DNA of 64,000 nt from Prorocentrum cordatum (lineage: Eukaryota). Both the position numbers and the translations under genes were made by a program. This document shows, piece after piece, positions 37,553 to 48,604 of the stretch. The DNA lies in contig CAUYUJ010000314.1 in the NCBI GenBank assembly GCA_963575745.1, forward strand, positions 186,001 to 250,000. The letters run 5' to 3'. Within the stretch, counting starts at the first letter, position 1. The number at the start of each line of letters is the position of its first letter. The notes under the pieces are model-generated. The model had not been told where the DNA came from, did not search any database, and saw only the letters and a program-made list of their open reading frames with translations.

Positions 37553-38914
37553 TGTGGGGCCGTCCTCCCTGGACTTTCTGGCTCCCCGTGCCGTCCAGTC
37601 TGCCTCCCCGAGAGCTCGGGTCGCTCCTCAGAGAAGAGGGGGGGGCGTCGGGAGTGCACCTTCCGGGGGCTGTTCGGGCGCACCCCTTGCGAGGGTGAGC
37701 GTTTCCCCCCGCATCGCATGTCCCGGAGTTGGGCCCAGGATGTCTGCTTCACTTGGGGTCCCCCCCAACAGAAACATCGGGGAGGGGGGTCGCCAAGTCC
37801 CTCGCGGTGTGGCTCCCCGCAGCTGTTCTGAGCGTTTTGCTCGCCTCTCTCGACGAGAAGGGCGGCCCGAGCGCAGACTTCGGAGTTCCGCGCGGACCTC
37901 TTAGGTCGGCGCTCGGTCCGCGCGGCGGCGCCTCCAGCGCCGCCCTGGCGCCGTCCGGGCGCCCGGGGAGGGTGTCCAGCGCCGATCCCCAGGACTCCGC
38001 GGGGACCTCCGCAAGGCCGTGTCCGTACAGCTCCGAGAGAGCGCTCGGGGGCACCGAAGGCTCGAGCTCGCCAGAACTCGGATCAGCCGACGCTTTTGAC
38101 GGGCCCGTCCTGGACTCAAACGGTCCAGCTTTCGTGGGAAGTCTGGGTTTGTACAGCTCCCAGGAAGTTCGGGGACACGTACGACCCGAGTTCGCCGGAA
38201 CTCGAGTTATAGCTGACGCTTTTGCCGGGCCTGTCATGGATTCAAGCGGTCCAGCTTTCGTGGGATGTTTGCAGCAAGCGCCCGCGTCAAGTTTCAGATG
38301 GGGCCTCGTCGTTTTTCTGACGGCCCCGTGAGGCCACCTCCGAGGCCTCTTCTCCCTTTCCCCCTCGGCCCTGGCGAGCAGGTTGGAGGGAGTGGAAGAA
38401 GAGGGGGAGGGGGTTACGGTAATTAGGTTCGCGTCCCGTCGAGCGGCGGCGACCTCGCCGTCGGCTTGCATCGTTGAGCGCCGCCAGCGACCCAGAATCG
38501 GTCGCTGTTGAACGATCTGACGTTTCGGAAACGGCCAATCGTCCAAGTTTGAACGATCCCCGCGGTGTCAGGGACCACTGCCGGGGTCGACACGACACGA
38601 GCCTGCCGTAAGATGGAGAAGGGAGGAGGCAGGACGACCCCTGGCTGGGCCTGGGAAGGGCCCAGGAGCTGTGTATACGCCCTCCTGGCCAAGCCAGGAG
38701 GGCGAGGTGTATACACCGCTGCTGGGTTCAGGATGGGCCTGGCCAGGGAGCAGCGGATAACTGTGTGGGGCGTTCCAGAGAGGGCCCTGCCTCCGAGGAT
38801 CGGAGGAGCTGCCAGCCCTTCCTCGGCGGAAGAGATGATGTGACTCCACGAGATGGAAGCGTGCTTGGGTTCAGGGTTTCCGGCATCGCCCATCTGCAGA
38901 GATCTTCGCGCCCC

Positions 38915-39890
38915 GAGGAGGGGGGAGGGGGGAGAAGGATGAGGATGAGGATGAGGATGAGGATGAGGATGAGGATGAGGATGAGGATGAGGATGAGGAT
39001 GAGGATGAGGATGAGGATGGAGGATGGAGGAGGAGGAGGAGGAGGAGAGGTAGGAGGAGGAGGAGGAGGAGGAGGGGCGGAGGAGGAGGAGGAGGAGAGG
39101 AGGAGGAGGAGGGGGGAAAAGGAGGGGGGAGGAGAGGAGGAGGGGGAAGGAGAGGAGGAGGGAGGATGAGGAGGAGGAGGAGGAGAGGAGGATCGAGGAA
39201 GAGGAGGAGAGGAGGGGGGAGGGGGGGAGGTGGATGATGATGAGGAGGAGGAGGAGGAGGAGGAGAGGGGAAGAGAGGAGGAGAGTAGTAGTCGTAGTAG
39301 AGGAGGAGCAGGGGAGGAGGATGAGGAGGAGGAAGGAGGAGGAGGAGGAGGAGGAGGAGGAGGAGGAAGGAGGAGGAGGAGGGGGAGGGGGAAGGGAGAG
39401 GGGAGGAGGAGGAGGAGGAGGAGAGGAGGAGGAGGAGGAGGAGGTCAGGAGGAGGAACCCTTCCCTTTGAATAGCGATATACGGAAGCTGATGAGAGGGG
39501 AGGAGGAGGAGGAGGAGGAGGAGGAGGAAGGAGGAGGAGGAGGAGGAGGAGGAGGAGGAGGAGAGGAGGAGGAGGAGGAGGAGGAGGAGGAGGAGGAGGA
39601 GGAGAAGGAGGAGGAGGAGGAGGAGAGGAGGAGGAGGAGGAGAGGAGGAGGAGGAGGAGGAGGAGGAGGAGGAGGAGGAGAGGAGGAGGAGGAGGAGGGG
39701 ATGATGATGATATGATGATGATGAGGAGGAGGAGGAGGAGGAGGAGGCGGAGGAGGAGGAGTAGGGGGAGGAGGAGGAAGAGGAGGAGGGGGAGGAAGAG
39801 GAAGAGTAGGAGGAGCAGGAGGAGGAGGAGGAGGAGGAGGAGGAGGAGGATGGAGGGGAGGGAAGAGAGGAGGAGGAGGAGGGAGAAAAA
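38915..39890. repeat. (GAGGAT)n and (GAG)n purine microsatellite
   Basis: Seen directly. Confidence 0.97.
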
Positions 39891-40530
39891 CGGGGGGGTG
39901 CGGGGGGCGGATGTCCCACGTCGCGCCCGGAGAGCGTGCGGGCGGGGGCTGCCTCTTCGCGGCCCCACGGCCTCGGGGGGCCTTTTTCTCTTGAGGGGGG
40001 AGGGGCCTCAGAAGGGCTGGACGACTCCTCGTCGAAGTCGGCGTGTGGGGACCCAAGCTGGATCAATCCAGGTGCGCGCAGGTAAACCGAGGTACGCCCA
40101 GGTAAATCTGGGCAAGTCCAGGCAGCCTCAGAGATTTCCAGGGAAGTTTGGAGCACATCGCGGCCGCTCCAGCGCGAGTCGGGGGGTCACTTCTTCGGGG
40201 GAGGGGGGTCGACTACACGTAAGCGTGACCTTCCGCCCGTGTGGCCCCTGGTGCGGGCCCATCGGGGCCCCCCGATCGCCGAACGCGATGCGGCAGTAGC
40301 GTCTTGCGCGCAGATTGGGCCCCCCGCGGCACTCAAGAAGCCTCGCACCAGAGGTCACTCTCACCACTCCTGCGCGTGGCCGAGAGGGGGCTCCTGGCAG
40401 GGCTCGACCAGCACGGTGCTCTGGCGATCTCGCGGGCCGTCTTCGTGTCGACCTCGGCTCGCAGCATGGGGCGGGGCGGAGGCAGAGCGAGGGAGGAGGG
40501 CGGCAGAACGAGAACGGGGACTCCCGTGTA

Positions 40531-40695
40531 CACCTTAGGCGATGCTTAAGAAAACCTAAGTTTTCGGCCAGAGTCTCGATTATTCTTAACGTTTCAATGT
40601 AAATCCTAAGATTTGAATGGAAATTTTGGGTTTTTATTCAAGTTCTGAGACTATGAATTTCTTAACCCATGATTTCTAAAGCATTTCGCACGGTG
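40531..40695. mobile_element. 165-bp AT-rich MITE with TA TSD (Tc1/mariner-type)
   Basis: TA|CACC..GCGATGCTTAAGAAA ... TTTCTAAAGCATTTCGCACGGTG|TA. Confidence 0.7.
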
Positions 40696-41299
40696 TAGGT
40701 CGATCCCTGGCTCGGGAGTTCGGGAGGCCATCAAGAAACGATCCCGGGAAGGGATCGGCGGGTCCGGGGCCCACGCGTGGGGAACCGAAGGGCAAGAGGA
40801 GAAGCCATTGGCTTCAGGAGGAGCGTTCCTCCTCCCATCACCGTTCCCACGATCACCCATCCTTCGCCTCGTCCTCTTTCCATTTGCTTGCGCTGCTCGT
40901 GTTTTTTCTTATACTTCTCTCTCTCTCTCTCCCCCCACTCGTTTGTTTGTTTCTCTTTCTCTCTCTGCCCCTTTTCTTGTTTCCCTGTCTCTCTCTATAG
41001 ATATCTCTCTCTATATAGATACACATACACATATTAATCTCTCTCTCTCTCTCTCGCCCTCTTCTCGGCTCGAGAGTTTTGCTCAGACCGAGCTGCGACG
41101 CAAAGCCCCCAGCGCAGCTTTCCCCCTCGCATGGCGAGACTGGACGCGCCCCCATCCCACGGTGTGACTGATCGGAGCCACCTCCGTATCTACTGTGCGT
41201 GCCGCCGTGGCGTCAGGTCAGCGCCGCCCGCGCCCTGCTGCCACTCCGCCACCCACGCTCTCATGTAAGGGCCGCCACGCCTCACATCCCGAGAGCTTT

Positions 41300-42282
41300 C
41301 TCACGCGACAGGAGGCCTCCGTTGTTGCTCTCCAAAGCAGTGGCGGCGCAGACCGGGCTGCTGCAGCATGCAACGAGCCAGTCCATCAGCGTCTCTCCAA
41401 GCTTGAGCTCATCTACCACGAACACCGGGTCCATCAGCCACGACTGCGCCGCCATCTGATGACATTGCGCGGGCGATTCATGATCAAGTACACCATGCTG
41501 CATCACGTCCATATGCAACATCGGGCAATTGTTGCGACCTACCAGGGTCAAAGCCCTTGGCACTCACATTGACCCCCTCATCAGTCTTGATGCGTCTAAC
41601 TGGGACGTTCCCATTTCCCTGGCCCCCACCGAGGCCGATGCTGCAGCATCATGCGCCAGTAGCATCTCCACCATATTGTCTGACCCCACGTCAGTACCTT
41701 CGCCGTACTAGTACAAGGGCAGCGAGTACCAGAGTCTCAGTAAGTTCTGCGCCTTCATCGAACGCCCCCCCTCGAACACAGGCGACTGTGAGATGTTCGT
41801 GGGCATCTTCAAGGAGCTGGCCCAGTACGCGATCAGCGCGTACGGGCTTGGGCAAGTCTGGGCCGCATGTGGGCCTGACGGTATGACAGTGCGCGACCAG
41901 TGCACGCTCATCGTCGCGGATCATCGTCGCGGATCAACACCACGGCCTCACTTTCGCCTTGGACGGTATCCTCCAGGACCACGAGCAGATGCAGGCTGCC
42001 AAGGCGGATGACGCGGAAGAGGCCTACCAGACGCAGGCCCTCCTCGCCGTCGACGTTGAGTACCACACGGTTGCGGATTACGCCGACGCGTACCCGTGCG
42101 ACGTTGACTGTATCTGCGGCCTCGGCGCCGCCCCCGTGACTGGCTTCGCCCATGGCCGCGCCTCCTACGACGCTCCGCTCTTCATGACCGCGGCCCCGGC
42201 GCGCCCCGCCGACCTCTTGGCCGTGCCAGAGCCCACCGGGGCCAGCGCACCGTGCGAGGAACCCTTTGGGACTCCGTCGTGA
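41300..42282 (+). pseudogene. Frameshifted coding-like fragment of unknown identity
   Basis: GC3-biased stretches YQSLSKFCAFIERP..MFVGIFKELAQYAISAYGLGQVW and LDGILQDHEQMQAAKADDAEEAYQTQALLAVDVEY in different frames. Confidence 0.4.
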
Positions 42283-43023
42283 CACCTGGCCCCCGTCTAC
42301 AATCAGGGCGCGTAGAAAGGATGCCCAAGTTTCCAAGGTCACCCGTGCATCCTTTCCCCCTCGACCCATCTTTGGCAACTTTCGCTGGCCAGCCCTTCAG
42401 GGAGCCCTTGGGGCGGGCTCACCCTGTGGTTGCGCGGTGCGACGCCCTTGTGGGCCGAGCCCTAAGGATGCTGGACGGGCAGGCCACCTATGGCCGTCCT
42501 CGGGTTCGTTTTTGTCGTCCACACACTCATGGGGGCCGCGGCCCGAAGCACTCGCGACGGGCCGGGCGCACTTGCTCCTTCTTGGGCACGTCCTCCTTGC
42601 CTTCCCTCTTGCGGCTGCGCGCGGCATTACGGATTTCAGATAGGCAAGGCACTTTTGGCCGTTTGGCCGTCCCTTTAGCAAGGCACTTTTGGCCGTTTGG
42701 CACTTTTGGCCGTTTGGCCGTTTGGCAAGCTTCCTCGGGCCCGTTTTGGCCGTCCTTTGAGCCACCCGGGCCGCCTCGCCTCGCCTCCCCCGCCACCCCG
42801 CCACCCCGCCTCTGCCCCCCCCGCCGTGCCTCGCAGCCCACGAGCTCGGACAGGCCGGCCTGGTGACCCCCCCGTGCGCGTCTCCGCTCCTTCCCCCCCC
42901 CCTCACCCCCCTCCCTGCTGCTCTCGTCCCCCCAGCGGTCCCCCTGCTCTCCCTCCTCCTCCTCCTCCTCCTCCTCCTCCTCCTCCTCCTCCTCCTCCTC
43001 CTCCTCCTCCTCCTCCTCCCCCA

Positions 43024-43590
43024 CTCCAGAAGAAGCTCAAGTCCAAGCAGGACGCCATCAGCAGGCAGGATGCGGCGGTGGCCAAGGCGCAGGAGGCAGT
43101 CACCGCGGCGCAGGCCGCGCTGGAGGCCGAGCGTGAGAAGGGCACGAAGCTGCGTGCTGATGCTGCTGAGCTGGAGGAGCAGGTGCGGGCGCTCAGCGCC
43201 CAGGTGCCCAAGCCTCCCGATGCGAAGGAGTCCGTGGGGGCCCCAGGTGGTGCGCCGAACCTCGATGGCTTGGCCGACCTGCTCAAGGAGCTGGGGGCGT
43301 CGGGCGAAGTCACGGAGAAGTTCTTGGCCAACCCCAAGATCGCGGCGTCTTTCGGCCCTAGGGCTGCGACGCGCGTGCGGCCTGCTGGTGATGGGGATCC
43401 TGGCGGCGTGGCGGCGACGCCGCCTGACGCCAAGAGACTGCGCACGGTGGAGGACAAGGCGCCCGTCGAGCAGCTGCGGGACAGCTTCGCGGCCGCTGGT
43501 GTCCAAGTCCCCACCGAGGAAGCGGAGATCAGGGCCAAGGCGCACCAGATCGCTGCGGCTGCCAGTGCCTGGGCCTACCGTGCCTACTAG
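43024..43590 (+). CDS. LINE ORF1 C-terminal remnant (coiled coil); 5' part replaced by (CCT)n
   Basis: LQKKLKSKQDAISRQDAAVAKAQEAV...AWAYRAY*; stop is 46 nt before the ORF2 ATG. Confidence 0.75.
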   Translation, partial: LQKKLKSKQDAISRQDAAVAKAQEAVTAAQAALEAEREKGTKLRADAAELEEQVRALSAQVPKPPDAKESVGAPGGAPNLDGLADLLKELGASGEVTEKFLANPKIAASFGPRAATRVRPAGDGDPGGVAATPPDAKRLRTVEDKAPVEQLRDSFAAAGVQVPTEEAEIRAKAHQIAAAASAWAYRAY

Positions 43591-43636
43591 GCGCCAGGAG
43601 CCGAGGCTTTGGTTGTTCGGGAGTACCACACTCAGT

Positions 43637-46600
43637 ATGATGATGGGAGTATCTGGTAATACTAAGTACGGGGGCAGTGCGGACACTGTCAAAGGGGTGC
43701 TGACCACGGTCAACGTTTCATGCGCGAGAGGGCTCACCGAGTACCTCGCGGAGGACCCGAAGGGTGACATCTTCGGCGTGCAGGAGCACCGCGTCTTGGG
43801 TGACAAGCTGTGCTCCCTGCAGGGCCAGGTGAAGGACCTGGGTTTCCATGGTCTGTGGGCCCCAGGCGTGGCCACAGGTGGTGGCCCGCTGGATGTCTCC
43901 AGTGGCGTCGCGCTCCTCACGCGCAACGTCATCCCTGTGACGGCGCCGCCCTTCACGCCCTCCCACGTCCTGGAGGAGGCGCGTGTGTTGGCGGGCCACG
44001 TGCACTGGGGCGTGAAGGGTGGCATCATCGTTGTGGTGGTCTACTTGAGGCACTCAGCAGGCATGGGCGATGATAACTCGGACACGGTCCACGAGCTGCA
44101 GCGCTACCTCAGGGTGCTCAACGCGTGCGGGCTGGACTGGGTCGTCATGGGCGACTGGAACATGGAGCTAGACGAGCTGAAGGGGCCATGGCTGGAGCAG
44201 GTGCGGGGCGTCCCGATCGTCCCGTCGGAGCCGACCTGCTGGCAGACGGTGGAGGGCTCCTGCCTGGACTACCTCATCGTGGCGCCGAACCTGGACCCGA
44301 GGCTAGGCGAGGCATGGGTCACGATGGATGCGGTACTGCACCCACACGCCCCCGTGCACGTGAACCTGGCCACGGTCGACCGCGAGGCCTTTGCCAGGGT
44401 CGCCGTCGAGCCGCGGGGGTTCACCGCGGTGCCGCCAGTGGGCGCAGCGCCTTTCCCTCATGACCGAGGGTGGCGGGCGGCGCTGCAGCAGGTCCTCGCG
44501 GCGGAGGAGCCTGGCCTCCTGGCGCAGGCGTGGGGCGCTGTCGTCGGCATGGCGGAGGCCGAGCTCTGCAGCCGCTGGTACCTCACGGGGGTGGAGAGGC
44601 GGCAGCACACTGGCAGGGCGGGCGAGCCTGTCTTCAAGCTGGTCCAGCCGACTTGGCAGCCGCCGAGACGGAGGAAGCTGTACGACCCGAAGGTCAGCGC
44701 CCACATGGTGGCGGGAAGGTGGGCTCGGCATCTGGATGCTGCACGCGCGCGATTGGTCAAGTTGCTCGGGTGCGACCTGGACGACCGCATCGAGAGGGCC
44801 GTGGACCTTATCCTCGAGACCCACCGCTACTACGGCAACGTGGCGAAGTCGCAGCGAGTGCCCGGCCAGCTCTCGGAGGACGTCGTGCAGTGGCTCTTGG
44901 GTGGCGTGGGCCAGATGAGCAAGAGGATGTGGACCGCCCGGGTCGAGAAGATCGTGGCGGAGGCCGAGCGGCTCGCCAGGCGCTACAATGGCGAGCGGGA
45001 GAAGGAGTGGCGTGCGTGGGCGGCCAAGAGCCTCACAGGCGGGGCGAGTGCTGCGCACCGCTTCACGAGGCTACCTCCTGAGGCTGAGGTCCGTGGAGCC
45101 ACCGCGCGGGCCAGCCCGCGCCAGCTGGCTGACCGCGAGCTCGATGGATGGAGGGACGTGTGGACCGTCCATGAGCAGGGCGCCCTGGAGAAGCCCCCTG
45201 GCTTTGACGACTGGGCCGAGCTCCCGCGGATGAGCGTCGGTCACCTCAGACGCGCGGCGCTGTGTTTCAAGGGGCGCACCGCGGTGGGCCAGACGGGCAT
45301 TGCACCGCGGGCCCTCTGGCACCTCAGCGACGTCGGCCTTTACGTGCTGTCGGCGCTCTTCAGCCAGTGCGAGAAGTTGGGGGTGTGGCCGACCGACAGG
45401 GTGTACACAGTGCTGGTGCGCCTGCCCAAGGCGAGCGGAGGGTGCAGGCTGATTGCCCTTGTAAACTCTTTCCTCCGTCTGTGGGCGAAGGCGCGCTCGA
45501 CGATTTCGCGGGCCTGGCTCGACCAGGCGGACGTGCCCAATCTCTGGGGCACAGGTGGAGCTGGCAGGACCTCGACGGCGGCAGCTTGCCACCACAACCT
45601 GACGGCTGAGATCATGAACATCAACGGAGGGCACAGCGTCACTGTGCTCCTAGATGCGTGGAAGGCGTTCGACAGTTTGATTGGAGGCAGGCTGCTGGAC
45701 GAGGCTCGGGCGATGGGGTTTCTACTACGCCTCATGTGGGCCATCCCCAGGTATCACCGCATGCCGAGGCGCATCGAGGCGTTCGGCTCGATGTCGAAGA
45801 GCTTCACGGCGCACCAGGGCATCCTGGCGGGCTGCTCCCACTCGATGGCGGTGCTGGTGGTGGCGACGGAGCGGGCCTTGCGGCGGCTGGCGACGTATGA
45901 CGTGATCCCGCGCACGCTCGCCGACGACACATCAGTCCAGTGGATCGGCACGGATCTGAGAGGCGTGCGCGTCTTGTGGCAGGCCGTCAAGCGCTTCAAG
46001 CATGAGGTCGGGGACGTGGGCCTCTTGCTGCAGGAGCCCAAGTCGGGCTACGTGGCGACGTCCAAGCAGAGCCGCGATGCAGCGGCGCAGTTTGGCAGGC
46101 GACTCAGGATGGGCTCGCAGCCGCACATGGGGAACCTTGGTCACGACCTGAATGGGACCAAGGCCTGCAGGAAGGTCGTCAACGCCAGGCTCAAGAACGT
46201 GAGGCCGCGGCTGAGGCGAGCGGCGAGGCTGCGACGTGCTGCTGGAGGGCGTGCGGCGTGCCTGTGGCAGACGGGCCTGCTGCCAGCTGCCGCCCATGGA
46301 GCGGCGGTGAGCGGGGTGGCCCCCTCCGAGCTGGCCGTGATGCGCTCGGAGGCGGCCCGACTTGCTGGGGCCAAGGGCCGAGGTGGCAGCAGCGCGCTCT
46401 ACCTGGCCAGTGAGCGGAACCCTCAGTACGACCCAGTCTTCGCGGCGACCGTCGAGCCGCTCATGCACTACGCTGCGGTCGTGTGGCAGCAGGCGGTGTC
46501 CATGAGCGCGCTGGAGAAGGCCTGGCGCGTGACGCTGGACAAGGTCGAGGCGGGCGAGGACAAGCTGACGTGGGCGTCGGCGCGCGGGCCGCTCAGGGTG

Positions 46601-48604
46601 GTCGCCCTGTCGCTCAAGCGGATCGGCTGGGTGACGCTGTCGTCGGTGCTGATCCAGCCTGACGTGGGGCCAGTGATTTCGCTCTTAGCCACTTCGCTTC
46701 GCTTTTTTTCGAGATCTCCTGAGGCAGGGGATCCAGCGTTGGCAAATACGCCAGATTGCCTCTTACCACGATGCCGCCGCGCCTCTTTGGCCGCGAGGCC
46801 TGCGAGCTTGTGTGGGGGCGGGAGGGGGGCGGCGATGACTGTGGCGGGGAGGGTCGGAGCTCTGCGCAGTCTGTGGTCCGGCTCTCTCTGGCCGAAAGCT
46901 AAGTTGTATAGCAAAGGAATGTGTGATGATCAGAAGTGTCGAGCGTGCCCGCGCGAGGCTGAGACGCTTGGCCATTGTTTCGTTGCGTGCCCAGCGCTGA
47001 CGCAGCGCTTGTTAGACGATGAAGAAGACTGTGGTCTTGGTCCCAAGTTGGCCGCAGCTCGCGACACCATGTTGGAGCACGGGCCGATTGGGGAAGGCCG
47101 CCAGGATGGAGATTATTTTGCCCTCTCGGTCGGGATCCCCAGGTGGCCCAAGGTTGCAGTGCCGCAGCCTCCTGAGTCGCCTCCTTGTTTCTTTTGGGGG
47201 GATTGGGGGTCGGATCCCGAACAGTGGAGTGATTGTGTTTTTACTGATGGCTCGGGATACCACAACGAGTATCCTGAGCTCCGTCGGTGTGGATGGTCCG
47301 CTGTCATGCTGAATGCCAATGGAGTCCCCACTCGCGCGTTGTATGGCGGGCTTGCTGGCGCACAGCAGACAGTGGGCCGTGCTGAGCGTGTTGCGGGCCT
47401 CAAGGCCCTTCAGTACATGCCATCGGTCCAGCGCGTGATTTCTGACTTGCTGGAACTTGTGCAAGAAGGCAAGCTGTGGGGCCAAGGAGAAACGGAGGCC
47501 CTCACAGATGCGAGCCGTGCATACCCTGCAGTTTGGCGTCAGCTGGTGGCGCTGAAAAGAACGCCGCCCGCTTTTGCATGGGTCCCGTCACACAGGACTG
47601 AGGATGAGGTTCTCTTCCCCGCTCCTGAGGACCCTCCGCCTCCTCCCTACCTCTGGGTCGCGGGAAATGGTTGGGCCGACTTTTTTGCCAAGCTAGGAGC
47701 CCTCTCGGTCAAGCTCCCAGAGGCCCATGCTAGGTTCTATAAGGACTCGCTGACTGAGGCAGCCCAGTACGCCAAGTATTTGTCTTGGGCGGTCCAGAGA
47801 AGCTGTCAGCTTGACCTGTGGGCTGAGAAGGCTGTCCTGACGGCGGCCCCAAGCAGAGCTCCCAGGGCCAGTGGAGCCAGAATGGTGCTGCTAATACACG
47901 AGCATGACCTCATCGAGATTCGAGGGAGGCTCATGTGTCGACGATGCCGTCGCACAGCGAGGACCGCTGAAGCTCGCCGACAGTTGACGGGAGGCACGGA
48001 TCGACGTTGTGCGCCTTCTATGATTTCCCGAATGCAAGCAAATCTGATCGAGGCTGCCGCCAGTGCCGCCGCGAGGCCGCCGACGGCCCGCTGGAGGTCT
48101 GCGGGGGAGCTGTCTGGTGGCCCTGGGGGTGCTTGTGGGGATGGGGCCTCGGCTGGGTCCGCTCCTGCTGTGGCTGGGCTCGGGGCCGCTGTGGCTGGGG
48201 ACTCGGCTGGGGTGCGCTTGGGGGGGCCTGTGCTTGCCTGCGTTGGCGGGGCTGGGGCTCCTGGCGGGGCTGAGCCTGGGGGCTCGGCGTCTCTGGCCTC
48301 TGTGGAGGCCGTGCGTGTGGGGCTTGCGCCTGCCCGCGAGGGCGAGGCTGGGGCCCCGTTTGGGCGTGCTGCGGGCCCTGGGGAGCCTGCGGCGGCGGAG
48401 TGGTGTCACGCGCCAGGGGGGCGCGACGTCACCGCCACGGGTACGGTCGTCTGGTGGTGCGGGGCCTACGGGTCCGTCAGGGTGGGGAAGGCCTTCAGCT
48501 CCCCCTGCCGTGACCCCAAAGACTTGCCCAAGAGCAGGAGGTCAGTCCTCAGTGCTCTCCAGAGAGGCAAGCACCCCAAGACTGGGCAGTCCCTCACGGG
48601 GTGA
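43637..48604 (+). CDS. LINE ORF2 polyprotein: APE endonuclease, reverse transcriptase, Zn finger, RNase H (1655 aa)
   Basis: APE: TVNV, IFGVQEH, VVMGDWN, CLDYLIV, HAPV. RT: LPKASGGCRLIAL, LLDAWKAFDSL, GILAGC, LADD (45917-45928). Zn finger: CRAC..ETLGHCFVAC. RNase H: VFTDGSG, QQTVGRAE, VISD, WVPSH, GNGWADFFA. Confidence 0.96.
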   Translation: MMMGVSGNTKYGGSADTVKGVLTTVNVSCARGLTEYLAEDPKGDIFGVQEHRVLGDKLCSLQGQVKDLGFHGLWAPGVATGGGPLDVSSGVALLTRNVIPVTAPPFTPSHVLEEARVLAGHVHWGVKGGIIVVVVYLRHSAGMGDDNSDTVHELQRYLRVLNACGLDWVVMGDWNMELDELKGPWLEQVRGVPIVPSEPTCWQTVEGSCLDYLIVAPNLDPRLGEAWVTMDAVLHPHAPVHVNLATVDREAFARVAVEPRGFTAVPPVGAAPFPHDRGWRAALQQVLAAEEPGLLAQAWGAVVGMAEAELCSRWYLTGVERRQHTGRAGEPVFKLVQPTWQPPRRRKLYDPKVSAHMVAGRWARHLDAARARLVKLLGCDLDDRIERAVDLILETHRYYGNVAKSQRVPGQLSEDVVQWLLGGVGQMSKRMWTARVEKIVAEAERLARRYNGEREKEWRAWAAKSLTGGASAAHRFTRLPPEAEVRGATARASPRQLADRELDGWRDVWTVHEQGALEKPPGFDDWAELPRMSVGHLRRAALCFKGRTAVGQTGIAPRALWHLSDVGLYVLSALFSQCEKLGVWPTDRVYTVLVRLPKASGGCRLIALVNSFLRLWAKARSTISRAWLDQADVPNLWGTGGAGRTSTAAACHHNLTAEIMNINGGHSVTVLLDAWKAFDSLIGGRLLDEARAMGFLLRLMWAIPRYHRMPRRIEAFGSMSKSFTAHQGILAGCSHSMAVLVVATERALRRLATYDVIPRTLADDTSVQWIGTDLRGVRVLWQAVKRFKHEVGDVGLLLQEPKSGYVATSKQSRDAAAQFGRRLRMGSQPHMGNLGHDLNGTKACRKVVNARLKNVRPRLRRAARLRRAAGGRAACLWQTGLLPAAAHGAAVSGVAPSELAVMRSEAARLAGAKGRGGSSALYLASERNPQYDPVFAATVEPLMHYAAVVWQQAVSMSALEKAWRVTLDKVEAGEDKLTWASARGPLRVVALSLKRIGWVTLSSVLIQPDVGPVISLLATSLRFFSRSPEAGDPALANTPDCLLPRCRRASLAARPASLCGGGRGAAMTVAGRVGALRSLWSGSLWPKAKLYSKGMCDDQKCRACPREAETLGHCFVACPALTQRLLDDEEDCGLGPKLAAARDTMLEHGPIGEGRQDGDYFALSVGIPRWPKVAVPQPPESPPCFFWGDWGSDPEQWSDCVFTDGSGYHNEYPELRRCGWSAVMLNANGVPTRALYGGLAGAQQTVGRAERVAGLKALQYMPSVQRVISDLLELVQEGKLWGQGETEALTDASRAYPAVWRQLVALKRTPPAFAWVPSHRTEDEVLFPAPEDPPPPPYLWVAGNGWADFFAKLGALSVKLPEAHARFYKDSLTEAAQYAKYLSWAVQRSCQLDLWAEKAVLTAAPSRAPRASGARMVLLIHEHDLIEIRGRLMCRRCRRTARTAEARRQLTGGTDRRCAPSMISRMQANLIEAAASAAARPPTARWRSAGELSGGPGGACGDGASAGSAPAVAGLGAAVAGDSAGVRLGGPVLACVGGAGAPGGAEPGGSASLASVEAVRVGLAPAREGEAGAPFGRAAGPGEPAAAEWCHAPGGRDVTATGTVVWWCGAYGSVRVGKAFSSPCRDPKDLPKSRRSVLSALQRGKHPKTGQSLTG

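Noticed and set aside
40803..40817. SL-like agccattggcttcag
   Set aside because: Too degenerate, with no coding sequence directly following
42863..43636. 1913-aa ORF start at 42863
   Set aside because: The N-terminal extension runs through (CCT)n and off-frame over ORF1; ORF2 more plausibly starts at the ATG at 43637
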